Under the pieces are notes generated by a model. It made no database searches. It was not told the origin of the DNA and saw only the letters and a list, made by a program, of their open reading frames with translations. This document shows, in pieces, positions 36,789 to 48,315 of a DNA stretch of 64,000 bases; within the stretch, counting starts at the first letter, position 1; the number at the start of each line of letters is the position of its first letter. This stretch comes from an uncultured bacterium (GTDB lineage: Bacteria; Patescibacteriota; Minisyncoccia; Phycocordibacterales; DATDWN01), in contig CAVSGX010000005.1 of assembly GCA_963727715.1 (NCBI GenBank), positions 50,672 to 114,671 on the forward strand, read 5' to 3'. Both the position numbers and the translations under genes were made by a program.

Positions 36789-37853
36789 ATGATTGATTCA
36801 AAAACTAACATCGGGAGTTTGATATCGGTTGTTTTGAAGGAAGAGGCGTCCGATTTGCATTTGTCAGAAGATCGCCAACCTATGATCAGGGTGGCCGGCT
36901 CCTTGGTTCCTCTGGTCAAATATCCGGCTCTATCAAAATCCGATATTAAAAATATACTGAACGAGTTGATTGACGCCAAAAAATATGAAGATTTTTTGCA
37001 AAAAAAACAAGCAGACTTTGCTTATGAAATGAAAGACACAGCCAGATTTCGTGGTAGCGCTTTTTTTCAACTCGGTCGCATTAGCATAGCTTTGCGTCTG
37101 GTTCCTAAAAAAATAAAAAGTCTGCAAGAGTTGAGTTTGCCTTCCGTCCTTGAATCTTTTGTCAACAAACAACAAGGTTTCTTTTTAGTTGTCGGTCCGA
37201 CGGGCCATGGCAAAAGCACAACTCTAGCTGCCATGATTGATATGATTAATGAAAGACGATTGGATCACATTATCACCATAGAAGACCCAATCGAATATAT
37301 TTTTGAGCAGAAAAAAGCTCTCATTGATCAAAGAGAAGTTTATCAAGACACTCCTGATTTTGAATCCGCTCTCAATAGTATGTTCAGACAGGATGTTGAT
37401 GTTATGATGATCGGCGAGATGCGCAACGCTGAAACAATCTCCACCGCTGTGACGGCTGCCGAGACCGGCCACTTGGTTTTTTCCACTCTGCACACCAACA
37501 CTGCCGCCCAAAGTGTCGCTCGCATCCTAGATTCCTTTGTGGCCGAGCAACAAAATCAAATCAGAGTTCAACTTTCCACCAGCCTTTTGGGCATTTTGTC
37601 TCAAAGACTTATCCCGCGCATTTCCGGCGGACTTATTCCGGCTTGCGAGCTTATGATTAACAACAACGCCATAGCCAACATAATCAGAGAAAATAGAGTC
37701 CAAGAAATAGATTCCATTATTGAAACAAGTTCCAGCCAAGGAATGATCAGTCTCAACAGCTATCTTTCCGAGCTGGTCAGAAGCGGAGAAATCAGCAAAG
37801 AGAACGCTTATTTGTACAGTTATAACACCAAAAATCTGGATCAAATAATCTAA
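36789..37853 (+). CDS. pilT: Twitching-motility ATPase PilT
   Basis: Walker A GPTGHGKST and the PilT signature. The track ORF begins upstream at 36666; the ATG at 36789 is preferred. Confidence 0.9.
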   Translation: MIDSKTNIGSLISVVLKEEASDLHLSEDRQPMIRVAGSLVPLVKYPALSKSDIKNILNELIDAKKYEDFLQKKQADFAYEMKDTARFRGSAFFQLGRISIALRLVPKKIKSLQELSLPSVLESFVNKQQGFFLVVGPTGHGKSTTLAAMIDMINERRLDHIITIEDPIEYIFEQKKALIDQREVYQDTPDFESALNSMFRQDVDVMMIGEMRNAETISTAVTAAETGHLVFSTLHTNTAAQSVARILDSFVAEQQNQIRVQLSTSLLGILSQRLIPRISGGLIPACELMINNNAIANIIRENRVQEIDSIIETSSSQGMISLNSYLSELVRSGEISKENAYLYSYNTKNLDQII

Positions 37854-37875
37854 TCTGTCGAAAATCGGCTTAATT

Positions 37876-39084
37876 ATGCTTTATAAATACACATCATTAA
37901 ATCAATCTGGAGAAAAGTCGCAAGGTAAAGTTGAAGCCATCTCGGCTGACGTGGCTATTTCCATTTTGCAAAAAAGGGGGTTGATTATTTCGGATATATC
38001 ACCGGATGAAGAAAAAAAATTCTCGATTTTTGGAGATATTGCTTTTTTTAATCATGTTTCCAACAAAGAAATTGTAATTTTGTCCAGACAAATAGCCACT
38101 CTCTTTCAAGCCCAAGTCTCGGCTCTGCGGGTTTTCCGTTTATTGGCCGAACAAACAGAAAATAAACTTCTGCAAAAATATTTGTTTGACATCGTAGATG
38201 ATTTGCAGGGAGGGTCGTCTATTTCAATTGCCCTTAGCCACCACCCGGACGCTTTCTCCGATTTTTATGTCAATATGGTCAAGGCCGGTGAGGAATCTGG
38301 CAAACTGGACGAGACATTTGCTTCTTTGGCCGACCACCTGGATCGTTCCTACGAAGTTGTTTCAAAAGCCAAAAGTGCTTTGATTTACCCAGCTTTTGTT
38401 ATCGCCACTTTCATCGGAGTGATGATTATTATGATGACCTTCATCATCCCAAAAATCAGCACGATGCTAGCCGACTCCGGACAGCAATTGCCGATTTACA
38501 CCAAAGTGGTTTTGGGCATAAGCAGTCTTTTTGTCAATTATGGTCTGTATATGGCTATCGGTGCTATCATATTGGCTTTTTTCCTTTGGAAATATATCAG
38601 AACGGAAGAAGGTTCGGCCAATCTGGATAAACTGGAATTGAATGTTCCGTATATTGGCACCCTGTATCGCAAATTATATCTCTCTCGCATTGCCGACAAT
38701 CTGAACACCATGATTATAAGTGGTATCCCGATACTCCAAGCTTTGGAAATCACCATGGATGTTGTTGAAAATTATGTTTTCAAAAGTATTCTGGAAAACA
38801 GCATAAAAGAAGTTAAAGGGGGAAGTTCTCTGTCCAGCGCTTTTGCCGCGCACCCGGATATCCCGAGTGTTATGGTTCAAATGATAAAGGTCGGCGAGGA
38901 AAGCGGTGAGTTGGGTAACATTCTGAAAACACTGGCCAAATTTTACGAGAGAGAAGTGACAACGGCTGTAGACACCCTGGTCAGTATGATAGAGCCGGCT
39001 ATGATTGTGGCTCTTGGTCTGGGTGTGGGTATCTTGATGGCGTCGGTTTTGATGCCGATATATAATATAGCTGGTACTTCTTAA
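37876..39084 (+). CDS. pilC: Type IV pilus inner-membrane platform protein PilC (two GspF domains)
   Basis: T2SSF-domain repeats; 402 aa. Confidence 0.85.
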   Translation: MLYKYTSLNQSGEKSQGKVEAISADVAISILQKRGLIISDISPDEEKKFSIFGDIAFFNHVSNKEIVILSRQIATLFQAQVSALRVFRLLAEQTENKLLQKYLFDIVDDLQGGSSISIALSHHPDAFSDFYVNMVKAGEESGKLDETFASLADHLDRSYEVVSKAKSALIYPAFVIATFIGVMIIMMTFIIPKISTMLADSGQQLPIYTKVVLGISSLFVNYGLYMAIGAIILAFFLWKYIRTEEGSANLDKLELNVPYIGTLYRKLYLSRIADNLNTMIISGIPILQALEITMDVVENYVFKSILENSIKEVKGGSSLSSAFAAHPDIPSVMVQMIKVGEESGELGNILKTLAKFYEREVTTAVDTLVSMIEPAMIVALGLGVGILMASVLMPIYNIAGTS

Positions 39085-39096
39085 TATTTATCTTAT

Positions 39097-39555
39097 ATGA
39101 AAAATAATAAAGGTTTTACGATTATTGAACTTCTGGTGGTTGCGGCCATTGTAGCTTTGATGGCGTCGGTTGTTTTTGCCGCTATGCGAGGCGCTGCAAA
39201 CAAAGGCAGTAATTCCACCATCAAGGGAGATATGCATTTTGTTCGTCAACAAGCGGCTTTGGTTTACGATAATGCCGGGGGCAAATATGACAACATTTGT
39301 GCCGATGCCACCATACAAAGAAGTATGGTTTCCATACAAAACGCCAGTAGCGCCACAAATGCCAATAACTATGCAATTGGAACAGGTGGCTCGGCGGGCA
39401 CGGTCACTTGTCATTCTAGCTCTTCCGGTTGGGCTGTTGAATCTCCTCTAAAAGTAGCCGAAGGTTCTAATACTTTCTGGTGCGACGATTGGGCTGGGAC
39501 TTCCAAAGGCGAAGTTGGCTCCACGCTTACAGCCAACACGGTAACTTGCCCGTAA
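39097..39555 (+). CDS. Type IV pilin (leader MKNNKG|FTIIELLVV)
   Basis: Class III signal peptide with a G-1/F+1/E+5 cleavage motif. Confidence 0.75.
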   Translation: MKNNKGFTIIELLVVAAIVALMASVVFAAMRGAANKGSNSTIKGDMHFVRQQAALVYDNAGGKYDNICADATIQRSMVSIQNASSATNANNYAIGTGGSAGTVTCHSSSSGWAVESPLKVAEGSNTFWCDDWAGTSKGEVGSTLTANTVTCP

Positions 39556-39565
39556 AGTTTACCCG

Positions 39566-39628
39566 CACACTAAGTTTGCCATTGTGTTTTTTCAAAACAC
39601 AGGGCAAAGTGATGGCAAACTTAGTGTG
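39566..39628 (+). promoter_or_regulatory. 17-bp perfect inverted repeat (cacactaagtttgccat / atggcaaacttagtgtg) forming a long hairpin between two pilin genes
   Basis: Degenerate member of the pilin-start inverted-repeat family; probable terminator/attenuator. Confidence 0.5.
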
Positions 39629-39775
39629 TAGGTTTATCCACAGTGGCATATTAGCCAATTTTTTGACTGGCTGTATAATGTAATCACTCGTTTTTAGACA
39701 AACGACAATCTCTCCAAGAGAAGGTCGAAAGCAAATTATAAGAAGTTATTATTAATAGTTTTAAATAAAAATTAT

Positions 39776-40207
39776 ATGAATAGAAGAGGTTTTACTTTAA
39801 TTGAACTTTTGGTGGTTATCGCCATCATTGGTATCTTGTCATCAATCGTTTTGGCATCGCTTAACACAGCCAGAGGCAAGGGTTCTGATGCTGCGGCCAA
39901 AGAGAACCTAAACAACATGCGCGCTCAAGCTGAGTTAGTCTACGACTCAAGCGGTCAGTCTTATGCCACAGTTTGCGCAAACACAAACGTTACATCCGCT
40001 CTAACCAGTGCTGGAACAGCTGAAGGTTTTGGTGCATGGTCTGGCACAAGCGCTGCCACTCTCGGGTGCCAGAGTGTCGCAGCCACATGGGTAGCATGGG
40101 TTCGACTGGATAAAGGAGCAGGATCGTCATTTACCTACTGCGCGGATAACACAGGTATGGCCACAACAACTACCACTGGGTATACAACAGCTTCCACAAA
40201 GTGCTAG
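39776..40207 (+). CDS. Type IV pilin (leader MNRRG|FTLIELLVV)
   Basis: Prepilin motif. Confidence 0.75.
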   Translation: MNRRGFTLIELLVVIAIIGILSSIVLASLNTARGKGSDAAAKENLNNMRAQAELVYDSSGQSYATVCANTNVTSALTSAGTAEGFGAWSGTSAATLGCQSVAATWVAWVRLDKGAGSSFTYCADNTGMATTTTTGYTTASTKC

Positions 40208-40235
40208 TTTATTCTTTTGCAGATTTCTCAAAAAA

Positions 40236-40262
40236 CCGGTTTTGGCCGGTTTTTTGTTTTGT
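40236..40262 (+). terminator. Rho-independent terminator (aaaaaaccgg ttttgg ccggtttttt)
   Basis: Hairpin plus T-run after the pilin. Confidence 0.5.
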
Positions 40263-40290
40263 AATTTGTTATAAAGTTGTATAATGTATT

Positions 40291-40419
40291 CGCACACCAA
40301 TTTTGGCATCGTTGCACGGTGTTTTCACAATATAAGCAATTATATTTAAAATAACGAGACATTATTTTGTGATAAATACATAACATGCAACAAAAACACA
40401 ATGCCAAATTTGGTGTGCG
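40291..40419 (+). promoter_or_regulatory. Inverted repeat cgcacaccaattttggcat ... atgccaaatttggtgtgcg (19 bp, about 90-nt spacer) immediately upstream of pilD
   Basis: Member of the repeat family described in the findings. Confidence 0.5.
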
Positions 40420-40428
40420 AATAAATTT

Positions 40429-41265
40429 ATGCTTGGTGTTTTTATTTTTTACGCTTTTGCTCTGGGCGCCATTGTCGGCAGTTATCTCAATGTCGTGGCT
40501 TTGCGTTACGGCACAGAGATGTCGTCATTTAAAGGGCGTTCAATCTGTTTTCACTGTGGTCGAAATTTGAAGTGGTTTGAGATGATTCCAATCTTCAGTT
40601 TTATATTTTTAGGAGGCAAATGCCGGACATGCAAAGCCAGATTGTCTCCGCAGTATTTTTTGGCCGAAATTACCACAGGTATCGTTTTTGTCGGGATTTT
40701 CCTACGCCAATATTATCTGTGGCCGGTCTACTCTGTTTTGTCTCACGGATTTTCGTGGTCAACTTTGTTTTTCTTTTATTATATTGTTGTTTTCTCTCTT
40801 TTGATTATCATGGCTTTGTATGATATTCGGCATAAAATCATCCCGGACAATCTAGTTTACACTTTCATAATTCTATCGGTGGCCAAATTGTTTTTGTTCA
40901 TCTATGTCAAAGGTTTGCCAATCTCCACAATAAATGTTTTTAATTTGTTTTCTCCTCTTATTCTTTCTGTTCCTTTTGCCTTACTCTGGTATTTTTCCCG
41001 TGGCCGATGGCTTGGTTTCGGCGACGCCAAGCTGATTTTCGGCATTGGAGCTCTGCTCGGTTTTGTTTCCGGCTTGTCGGCCGTTACTTTGGCTTTTTGG
41101 CTCGGTAGCATTTGGGTTTTGTTTTTCTGGCTTTACCAACAATTTTCTGGCCGGCCAAGAATCGGCTGGCAATCCGAAATCCCCCTAGCTCCCTTTTTGA
41201 TTTTGGCCGCATTTATTATTTTTCTCTGGCATTTTGATTTCTTTAATCTGAATTTAATATTTTAA
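40429..41265 (+). CDS. pilD: Prepilin peptidase PilD (A24 family)
   Basis: CxxC...CxxC zinc motif followed by a polytopic A24 domain. Confidence 0.85.
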   Translation: MLGVFIFYAFALGAIVGSYLNVVALRYGTEMSSFKGRSICFHCGRNLKWFEMIPIFSFIFLGGKCRTCKARLSPQYFLAEITTGIVFVGIFLRQYYLWPVYSVLSHGFSWSTLFFFYYIVVFSLLIIMALYDIRHKIIPDNLVYTFIILSVAKLFLFIYVKGLPISTINVFNLFSPLILSVPFALLWYFSRGRWLGFGDAKLIFGIGALLGFVSGLSAVTLAFWLGSIWVLFFWLYQQFSGRPRIGWQSEIPLAPFLILAAFIIFLWHFDFFNLNLIF

Positions 41266-41921
41266 TGAAAAATAAGACATCCAAAAAAGGATTTACTCTT
41301 GCGGAAATGGTGATCTGCATAGCTATTGTCGGTGCGATTTCAGCTGTGGCGATGTTCAGTTATACACAATTCAGCGACAATCTGAATTTATCTTCAGCCA
41401 GCCAGGAAATTGCTTTGGAAATTCGTCAAGCCCAAATCTATGGGGTTAGCGTCAAGGAAAATGCCGTGGGTAGTGGTGTTTTTACCAGTGGTTATGGTTT
41501 TCAGGCCAGTCTAAGCGATCCGACCAGCTACTATATTTTCGTTGATTTGAACAATAACGGTAAATATGATGGCGGTCCCAATTGTAGTGCAAGCCCTGAG
41601 TGTGTTGAAAAAATTTCTTTGCGCAACAGTGTTTCAATTACCGGTATTTGTGGCATGGCTTTTGGTGGGGTATCAGTTTCGTGCCCTCTGGACGCGGCTA
41701 TTAAAACAATGAACATAGTCTTTTTACGGCCCGATCCGACTGCCCTGATTCGTTTTTTGAATATTTCCAACAATTTTTACGTTGGGGGCGGAATTTATCA
41801 GCCCAATATCAATTGTCCCACGTGCGGGACTTTCCAAACCGGCCAGATTGTGCTGACCTCTGCCGGAGGTAAAACCGCAAATATTATCATTCAGAATACC
41901 GGTCAAGTATCAATTCAATAA
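41265..41921 (+). CDS. Minor pilin / pseudopilin (leader MKNKTSKKG|FTLAEM)
   Basis: Prepilin N-terminus. Confidence 0.6.
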   Translation: MKNKTSKKGFTLAEMVICIAIVGAISAVAMFSYTQFSDNLNLSSASQEIALEIRQAQIYGVSVKENAVGSGVFTSGYGFQASLSDPTSYYIFVDLNNNGKYDGGPNCSASPECVEKISLRNSVSITGICGMAFGGVSVSCPLDAAIKTMNIVFLRPDPTALIRFLNISNNFYVGGGIYQPNINCPTCGTFQTGQIVLTSAGGKTANIIIQNTGQVSIQ

Positions 41922-41967
41922 AATTTCAATGGTTTTGAAACAAACATCAAAAAAAGAAAAAGGATTT

Positions 41968-42106
41968 ACCCAGACACCAACTTTGGCATTGTTCCGCTTT
42001 TTCAAAAATTTCTATGATAAAATTCAGTCTTTTATAAAAAAAACAAATCACAATACTATTTCCGAGAGCGAAACACAAAAAGCCATGCCAAAGTTGGTGC
42101 CCGGGT
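41968..42106 (+). promoter_or_regulatory. Inverted repeat acccagacaccaactttggcat ... atgccaaagttggtgcccgggt. The 3' arm contains the pilin start codon (MPKLV).
   Basis: Read from the sequence; start codon at 42085. Confidence 0.5.
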
Positions 42107-42630
42107 TTACTTTAGTGGAGCTGATTGTTTCTATCGCTATGTTCAGTGTTGTAATGGTTGTTTGCATGAGTTCTGTTTTGATTATGCTTGATTCCAACCG
42201 CAAGTCCCAAGCCCAGAGAACTTTGGTGGACAATCTAAGCTATTCTCTTGATGAAATATCCAGATCGGCCAGATTCGGCACGGTCTATCATTGTGGAGGT
42301 GGCACATTAAATTTGACTCAAGATTGCCAGGGTGGCGACACTTCTTTTACCGTTTTGGATCAAACTGGAACTCAAGTAACATATAAATTAAGTGGTAATA
42401 GGGTGGCCAAAACAATCGGTGGAGTGGATTATTATTTGACATCGCCTGATGTTACAATCAACAAGTTGTTTTTCTTTGTTATTGGTTCAGATCCATTTTC
42501 CACTGGTAATATACAGCAACCATGGGTGGGAATTATCATAGGTGGTTCTGCGGGGGTTAATACCAACAGCCAATCATCCACCACTTTGGAAACAGTGGTA
42601 TCGCAGAGAAAGTTGGATATATATAATTGA
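42085..42630 (+). CDS. Minor pilin (leader MPKLVPG|FTLVELIV)
   Basis: Prepilin motif. The track ORF extends upstream from 41929; the short canonical leader is preferred. Confidence 0.55.
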   Translation: MPKLVPGFTLVELIVSIAMFSVVMVVCMSSVLIMLDSNRKSQAQRTLVDNLSYSLDEISRSARFGTVYHCGGGTLNLTQDCQGGDTSFTVLDQTGTQVTYKLSGNRVAKTIGGVDYYLTSPDVTINKLFFFVIGSDPFSTGNIQQPWVGIIIGGSAGVNTNSQSSTTLETVVSQRKLDIYN

Positions 42631-42670
42631 TATGTTTAACAAAAAAGGAAAAAAATTAAAATCTGGGTTT

Positions 42671-42813
42671 ACCCACACACCAACTTTGGCATTATTCCGC
42701 TTTTTCAATAGATTTTTCTACAAATTCTAATTTACAATGAAAAAAATAAATTTTATTAAAATATTTCGGGGCGGAACACAAAAAGCTATGCCAAAGTTGG
42801 TGTCTGGGTTTAC
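42671..42813 (+). promoter_or_regulatory. Inverted repeat acccacacaccaactttggcat ... atgccaaagttggtgtctgggt. The 3' arm contains the pilin start codon.
   Basis: Read from the sequence; start codon at 42788. Confidence 0.5.
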
Positions 42814-43360
42814 ACTAGTAGAGGCCCTTGTGGCCATCGGCATTTTATCGTTATCGGTTATGGCTGCCTCTATGGCTGTTCAAAGCAGTTTATCATCCTC
42901 ATACTACGCCAGAGATCAAGTGACCGCTTTTTATTTGATTCAAGATGCGGTTGAATATGTAAGAAATCTTCGGGATATCAACGCCCTAAGAAATGCCAAA
43001 GTTATCGCCGCTGGCCCTGGGACGGTTGATTGGCTCAATGGCATATCCCAAGTTCCTGCTGACCCCTGCTATTTCGGCAAATTTTGTATGGTAAGTCCCG
43101 CAGAAATAAGCCCCAACAACTTAGTTACCTGTGGCGACGGTAGCTCAAGCAGTCTTTGCAGTCCTATCAGACAAGATAATGCCACCGGTAAATTTGGCTA
43201 TCTCAATTCAAATTGGCCACAAACCAAATTCACAAGATTTATGCAAATCAGCCAGAGTTCTACTACCGAAATCATTTTAACCATCACAGTCACCTGGAAA
43301 GACAATGCTATTGGCAATACCAGTGTTTCTGTTCAAGAATGGTTGCGTAATACCAGATGA
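42788..43360 (+). CDS. Minor pilin, PilV-like (leader MPKLVSG|FTLVEALV)
   Basis: Prepilin motif. Confidence 0.55.
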   Translation: MPKLVSGFTLVEALVAIGILSLSVMAASMAVQSSLSSSYYARDQVTAFYLIQDAVEYVRNLRDINALRNAKVIAAGPGTVDWLNGISQVPADPCYFGKFCMVSPAEISPNNLVTCGDGSSSSLCSPIRQDNATGKFGYLNSNWPQTKFTRFMQISQSSTTEIILTITVTWKDNAIGNTSVSVQEWLRNTR

Positions 43361-43373
43361 TAGAAAAATTAAA

Positions 43374-45916
<2,543 letters not shown>

Positions 45917-45929
45917 ATTTAAAAAAAAT

Positions 45930-45953
45930 AATAACGATCCGGTGATCGTTATT
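45930..45953. terminator. Bidirectional hairpin terminator (aataacgatc cggt gatcgttatt) between convergent genes
   Basis: 10-bp perfect stem. Confidence 0.45.
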
Positions 45954-46401
45954 TGTAAATAAAATGTTTATCGTTAGCTTGTTTCCCTGTACGAACTCCA
46001 ACGAGACCAAGGACAAGGAGACAGTTTTTCTTTGTCCCATAATACCTTATTACCGCTGAAACAAAAGGAATTTCTGCCAGATGTTTGATTGGGTCTTCTC
46101 CTTTTTCTAACAATCCTTTCCCCCATTTGAGCACAGTGAGTCTCACTTCTCCTCTGCTGACACTCAAATGCTGTGGGTGGCTTGGTTTGAACCCAAGACC
46201 TTCCAACAGGAGAGGAACGCCACCATATCTTTTGAATGAGTTCAAATTCGGGCACGATCCCTTTTTGTGGAGTTTTCTTATTTCTTCATTGGTCGGGTCT
46301 TTGTCATTTTCTTTCCTGAATTTTATTATAAAATTCAAACAATCTTGCTTTGAATATACGCTGGTATTTCCATTGCCCCTAGCAAAAGATCTTTGAAGCA
46401 T
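45949..46401 (-). CDS. Hypothetical protein
   Basis: ORF only. Confidence 0.3.
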   Translation of the reverse strand: MLQRSFARGNGNTSVYSKQDCLNFIIKFRKENDKDPTNEEIRKLHKKGSCPNLNSFKRYGGVPLLLEGLGFKPSHPQHLSVSRGEVRLTVLKWGKGLLEKGEDPIKHLAEIPFVSAVIRYYGTKKNCLLVLGLVGVRTGKQANDKHFIYK

Positions 46402-46483
46402 AACATTTCTCCTTCGCCATTAAACCATACTATAATTTTTTTTGCAAAATGACTGGTTTTTGAAGGTGTGGTATCATAAAAAC

Positions 46484-46783
46484 ATGATTACTAAAGAAGA
46501 TATCAAACACCTAGCCGATTTGTCGCGAGTGGGGATCTCCGAAGCGGAGATGGAAAAACTGACCGCCGAAGTTGATTCTATTTTAGATTATGTCGGGCAG
46601 ATTATGGACACCACGGGCGATATGTCGCGAGAGAAACCTTTTTTGCGCAATGTTATGCGTGATGATGAGCAGGAAAACCAACCGAAACAATACACGGAAA
46701 ACATTTTGCAAAACACGCCGGCCAAAGAAAAAGGTTGGGTAAAAGTCAAAAAAATTCTCGGAAATAGTGACGACATCATATGA
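46484..46783 (+). CDS. gatC: Asp/Glu-tRNA amidotransferase subunit C
   Basis: Start ITKEDIKHLADLSRVGISEAEMEKL is typical of GatC; overlaps gatA. Confidence 0.75.
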   Translation: MITKEDIKHLADLSRVGISEAEMEKLTAEVDSILDYVGQIMDTTGDMSREKPFLRNVMRDDEQENQPKQYTENILQNTPAKEKGWVKVKKILGNSDDII

Positions 46784-48204
46784 TTGATTTAAACAAACTG
46801 ACAATAAAATCAGCCCACAAACATTTTTTGGAAAAAGATTTTTCTGCGCGGGAGCTGGCGGAAGAATATTTGAAAAACATTGAGAAAAAAAATCCGGAAC
46901 TAAACGCCTATCTGGAAGTTTATAAAGATGTTTTGAAACAAGCCGATGAATCCGACAAAGTTTTGTTGTCCGGAAAGGCCACGGAACTTGCCGGAATTCC
47001 TTTGGCCCTGAAAGACAATATCTTGGTTGCCGGCAGAAAAGCCACATCGGCCTCTAAAATTCTACAAGGTTTTGTCGCCCCGTACGACGCCACCGTCTCG
47101 GCTAAATTGAAAAAACAAAACATTATTTTTCTAGGCCGGACAAATATGGACGAATTCGCTATGGGCGGATCCACCGAAAATTCGGCTTTTGGCGTGGTCA
47201 AAAACCCCTTGGACGCTTCAAGGGTGGCCGGTGGCTCTTCAGGCGGTTCTGTGGCGGCTGTGGCCTCAAATTGCGCCCTTTGCGCCCTCGGTTCGGACAC
47301 CGGTGGTTCCATTCGCGAGCCGTCGGCCTTTTGCGGGGTGGTGGGGCTCAAACCGACATACGGGGGCGTTTCCCGCCACGGTCTTATGTCAATGGGCTCG
47401 TCTCTTGATGTCATCGGACCGATAACCAAAACCGTGACCGACTCGGAAATTTTGTTCAAAGCCATAGGCGGGCCAGACAAAATGGACAGCACTACTTTTC
47501 CAACCGGTTTGTACCCGAAAAAAACCGTCGGGGGAAAATTAAAAATAGGCGTGCCTTACCATATTCTTGATCAGGAAGGAGTTGACCCGGCCACCAAGAA
47601 AAATTTTGAAGATTCGGTTAAAAAACTAAAGTCGCTCGGGTTTGAAACGCGAGAAATAAAACTGCCGAACATCGGCTACTCTCTGGCCGTCTATTATATT
47701 TTGATGCCGGCTGAAGTTTCTTCCAATATGGCCCGCTACGACGGCGTCAAATACGGTCTGCACGTGGACGGCAAAGATTTGCTCGGCGACTATCTGGAAA
47801 CGCGAGGCCAAGGTTTCGGTCCGGAAGTTCGTCGTCGTATTTTAATAGGCACTTATGTTCTCTCCGCCGGCTACTACGACTCCTACTACAACAAATCACT
47901 CATTCTGCGCCAAAAAATTTCCGAAGATTTCAAAAAAGCTTTTGCTGAGGTGGACGCCATCGCCACACCGACCGCGCCAGAGCCGGCTTGGAAAATTGGC
48001 GCCAAAGCCGACCCGCTGTCCACTTATCTGGCCGATGTTTTCACCGTCACCGCCAACATTGTCGGCTTACCGGCCATTTCGCTTCCGTCCGGCACGGTGG
48101 CCACAGGAGATGCAAAGCAAATGCCCGTCGGTCTGCAACTGATGTCGCCCCACGCCTGCGAGGATATTTTGTTTGAAATTGGTAAAAAGTTTTTAGGGGA
48201 ATAA
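46780..48204 (+). CDS. gatA: Asp/Glu-tRNA amidotransferase subunit A (amidase signature)
   Basis: GGSSGGS amidase signature; 474 aa. Confidence 0.9.
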   Translation: MIDLNKLTIKSAHKHFLEKDFSARELAEEYLKNIEKKNPELNAYLEVYKDVLKQADESDKVLLSGKATELAGIPLALKDNILVAGRKATSASKILQGFVAPYDATVSAKLKKQNIIFLGRTNMDEFAMGGSTENSAFGVVKNPLDASRVAGGSSGGSVAAVASNCALCALGSDTGGSIREPSAFCGVVGLKPTYGGVSRHGLMSMGSSLDVIGPITKTVTDSEILFKAIGGPDKMDSTTFPTGLYPKKTVGGKLKIGVPYHILDQEGVDPATKKNFEDSVKKLKSLGFETREIKLPNIGYSLAVYYILMPAEVSSNMARYDGVKYGLHVDGKDLLGDYLETRGQGFGPEVRRRILIGTYVLSAGYYDSYYNKSLILRQKISEDFKKAFAEVDAIATPTAPEPAWKIGAKADPLSTYLADVFTVTANIVGLPAISLPSGTVATGDAKQMPVGLQLMSPHACEDILFEIGKKFLGE

Positions 48205-48315
48205 TAAAATAAAAAATCTTTTTAAGTGGATTTTTACTTATCCACACTTTTATTTAAAATTTTCTTTTGATAAAATAATTTCACAGATTCTTTTTTTATA
48301 TTTAATTTTCACGAG

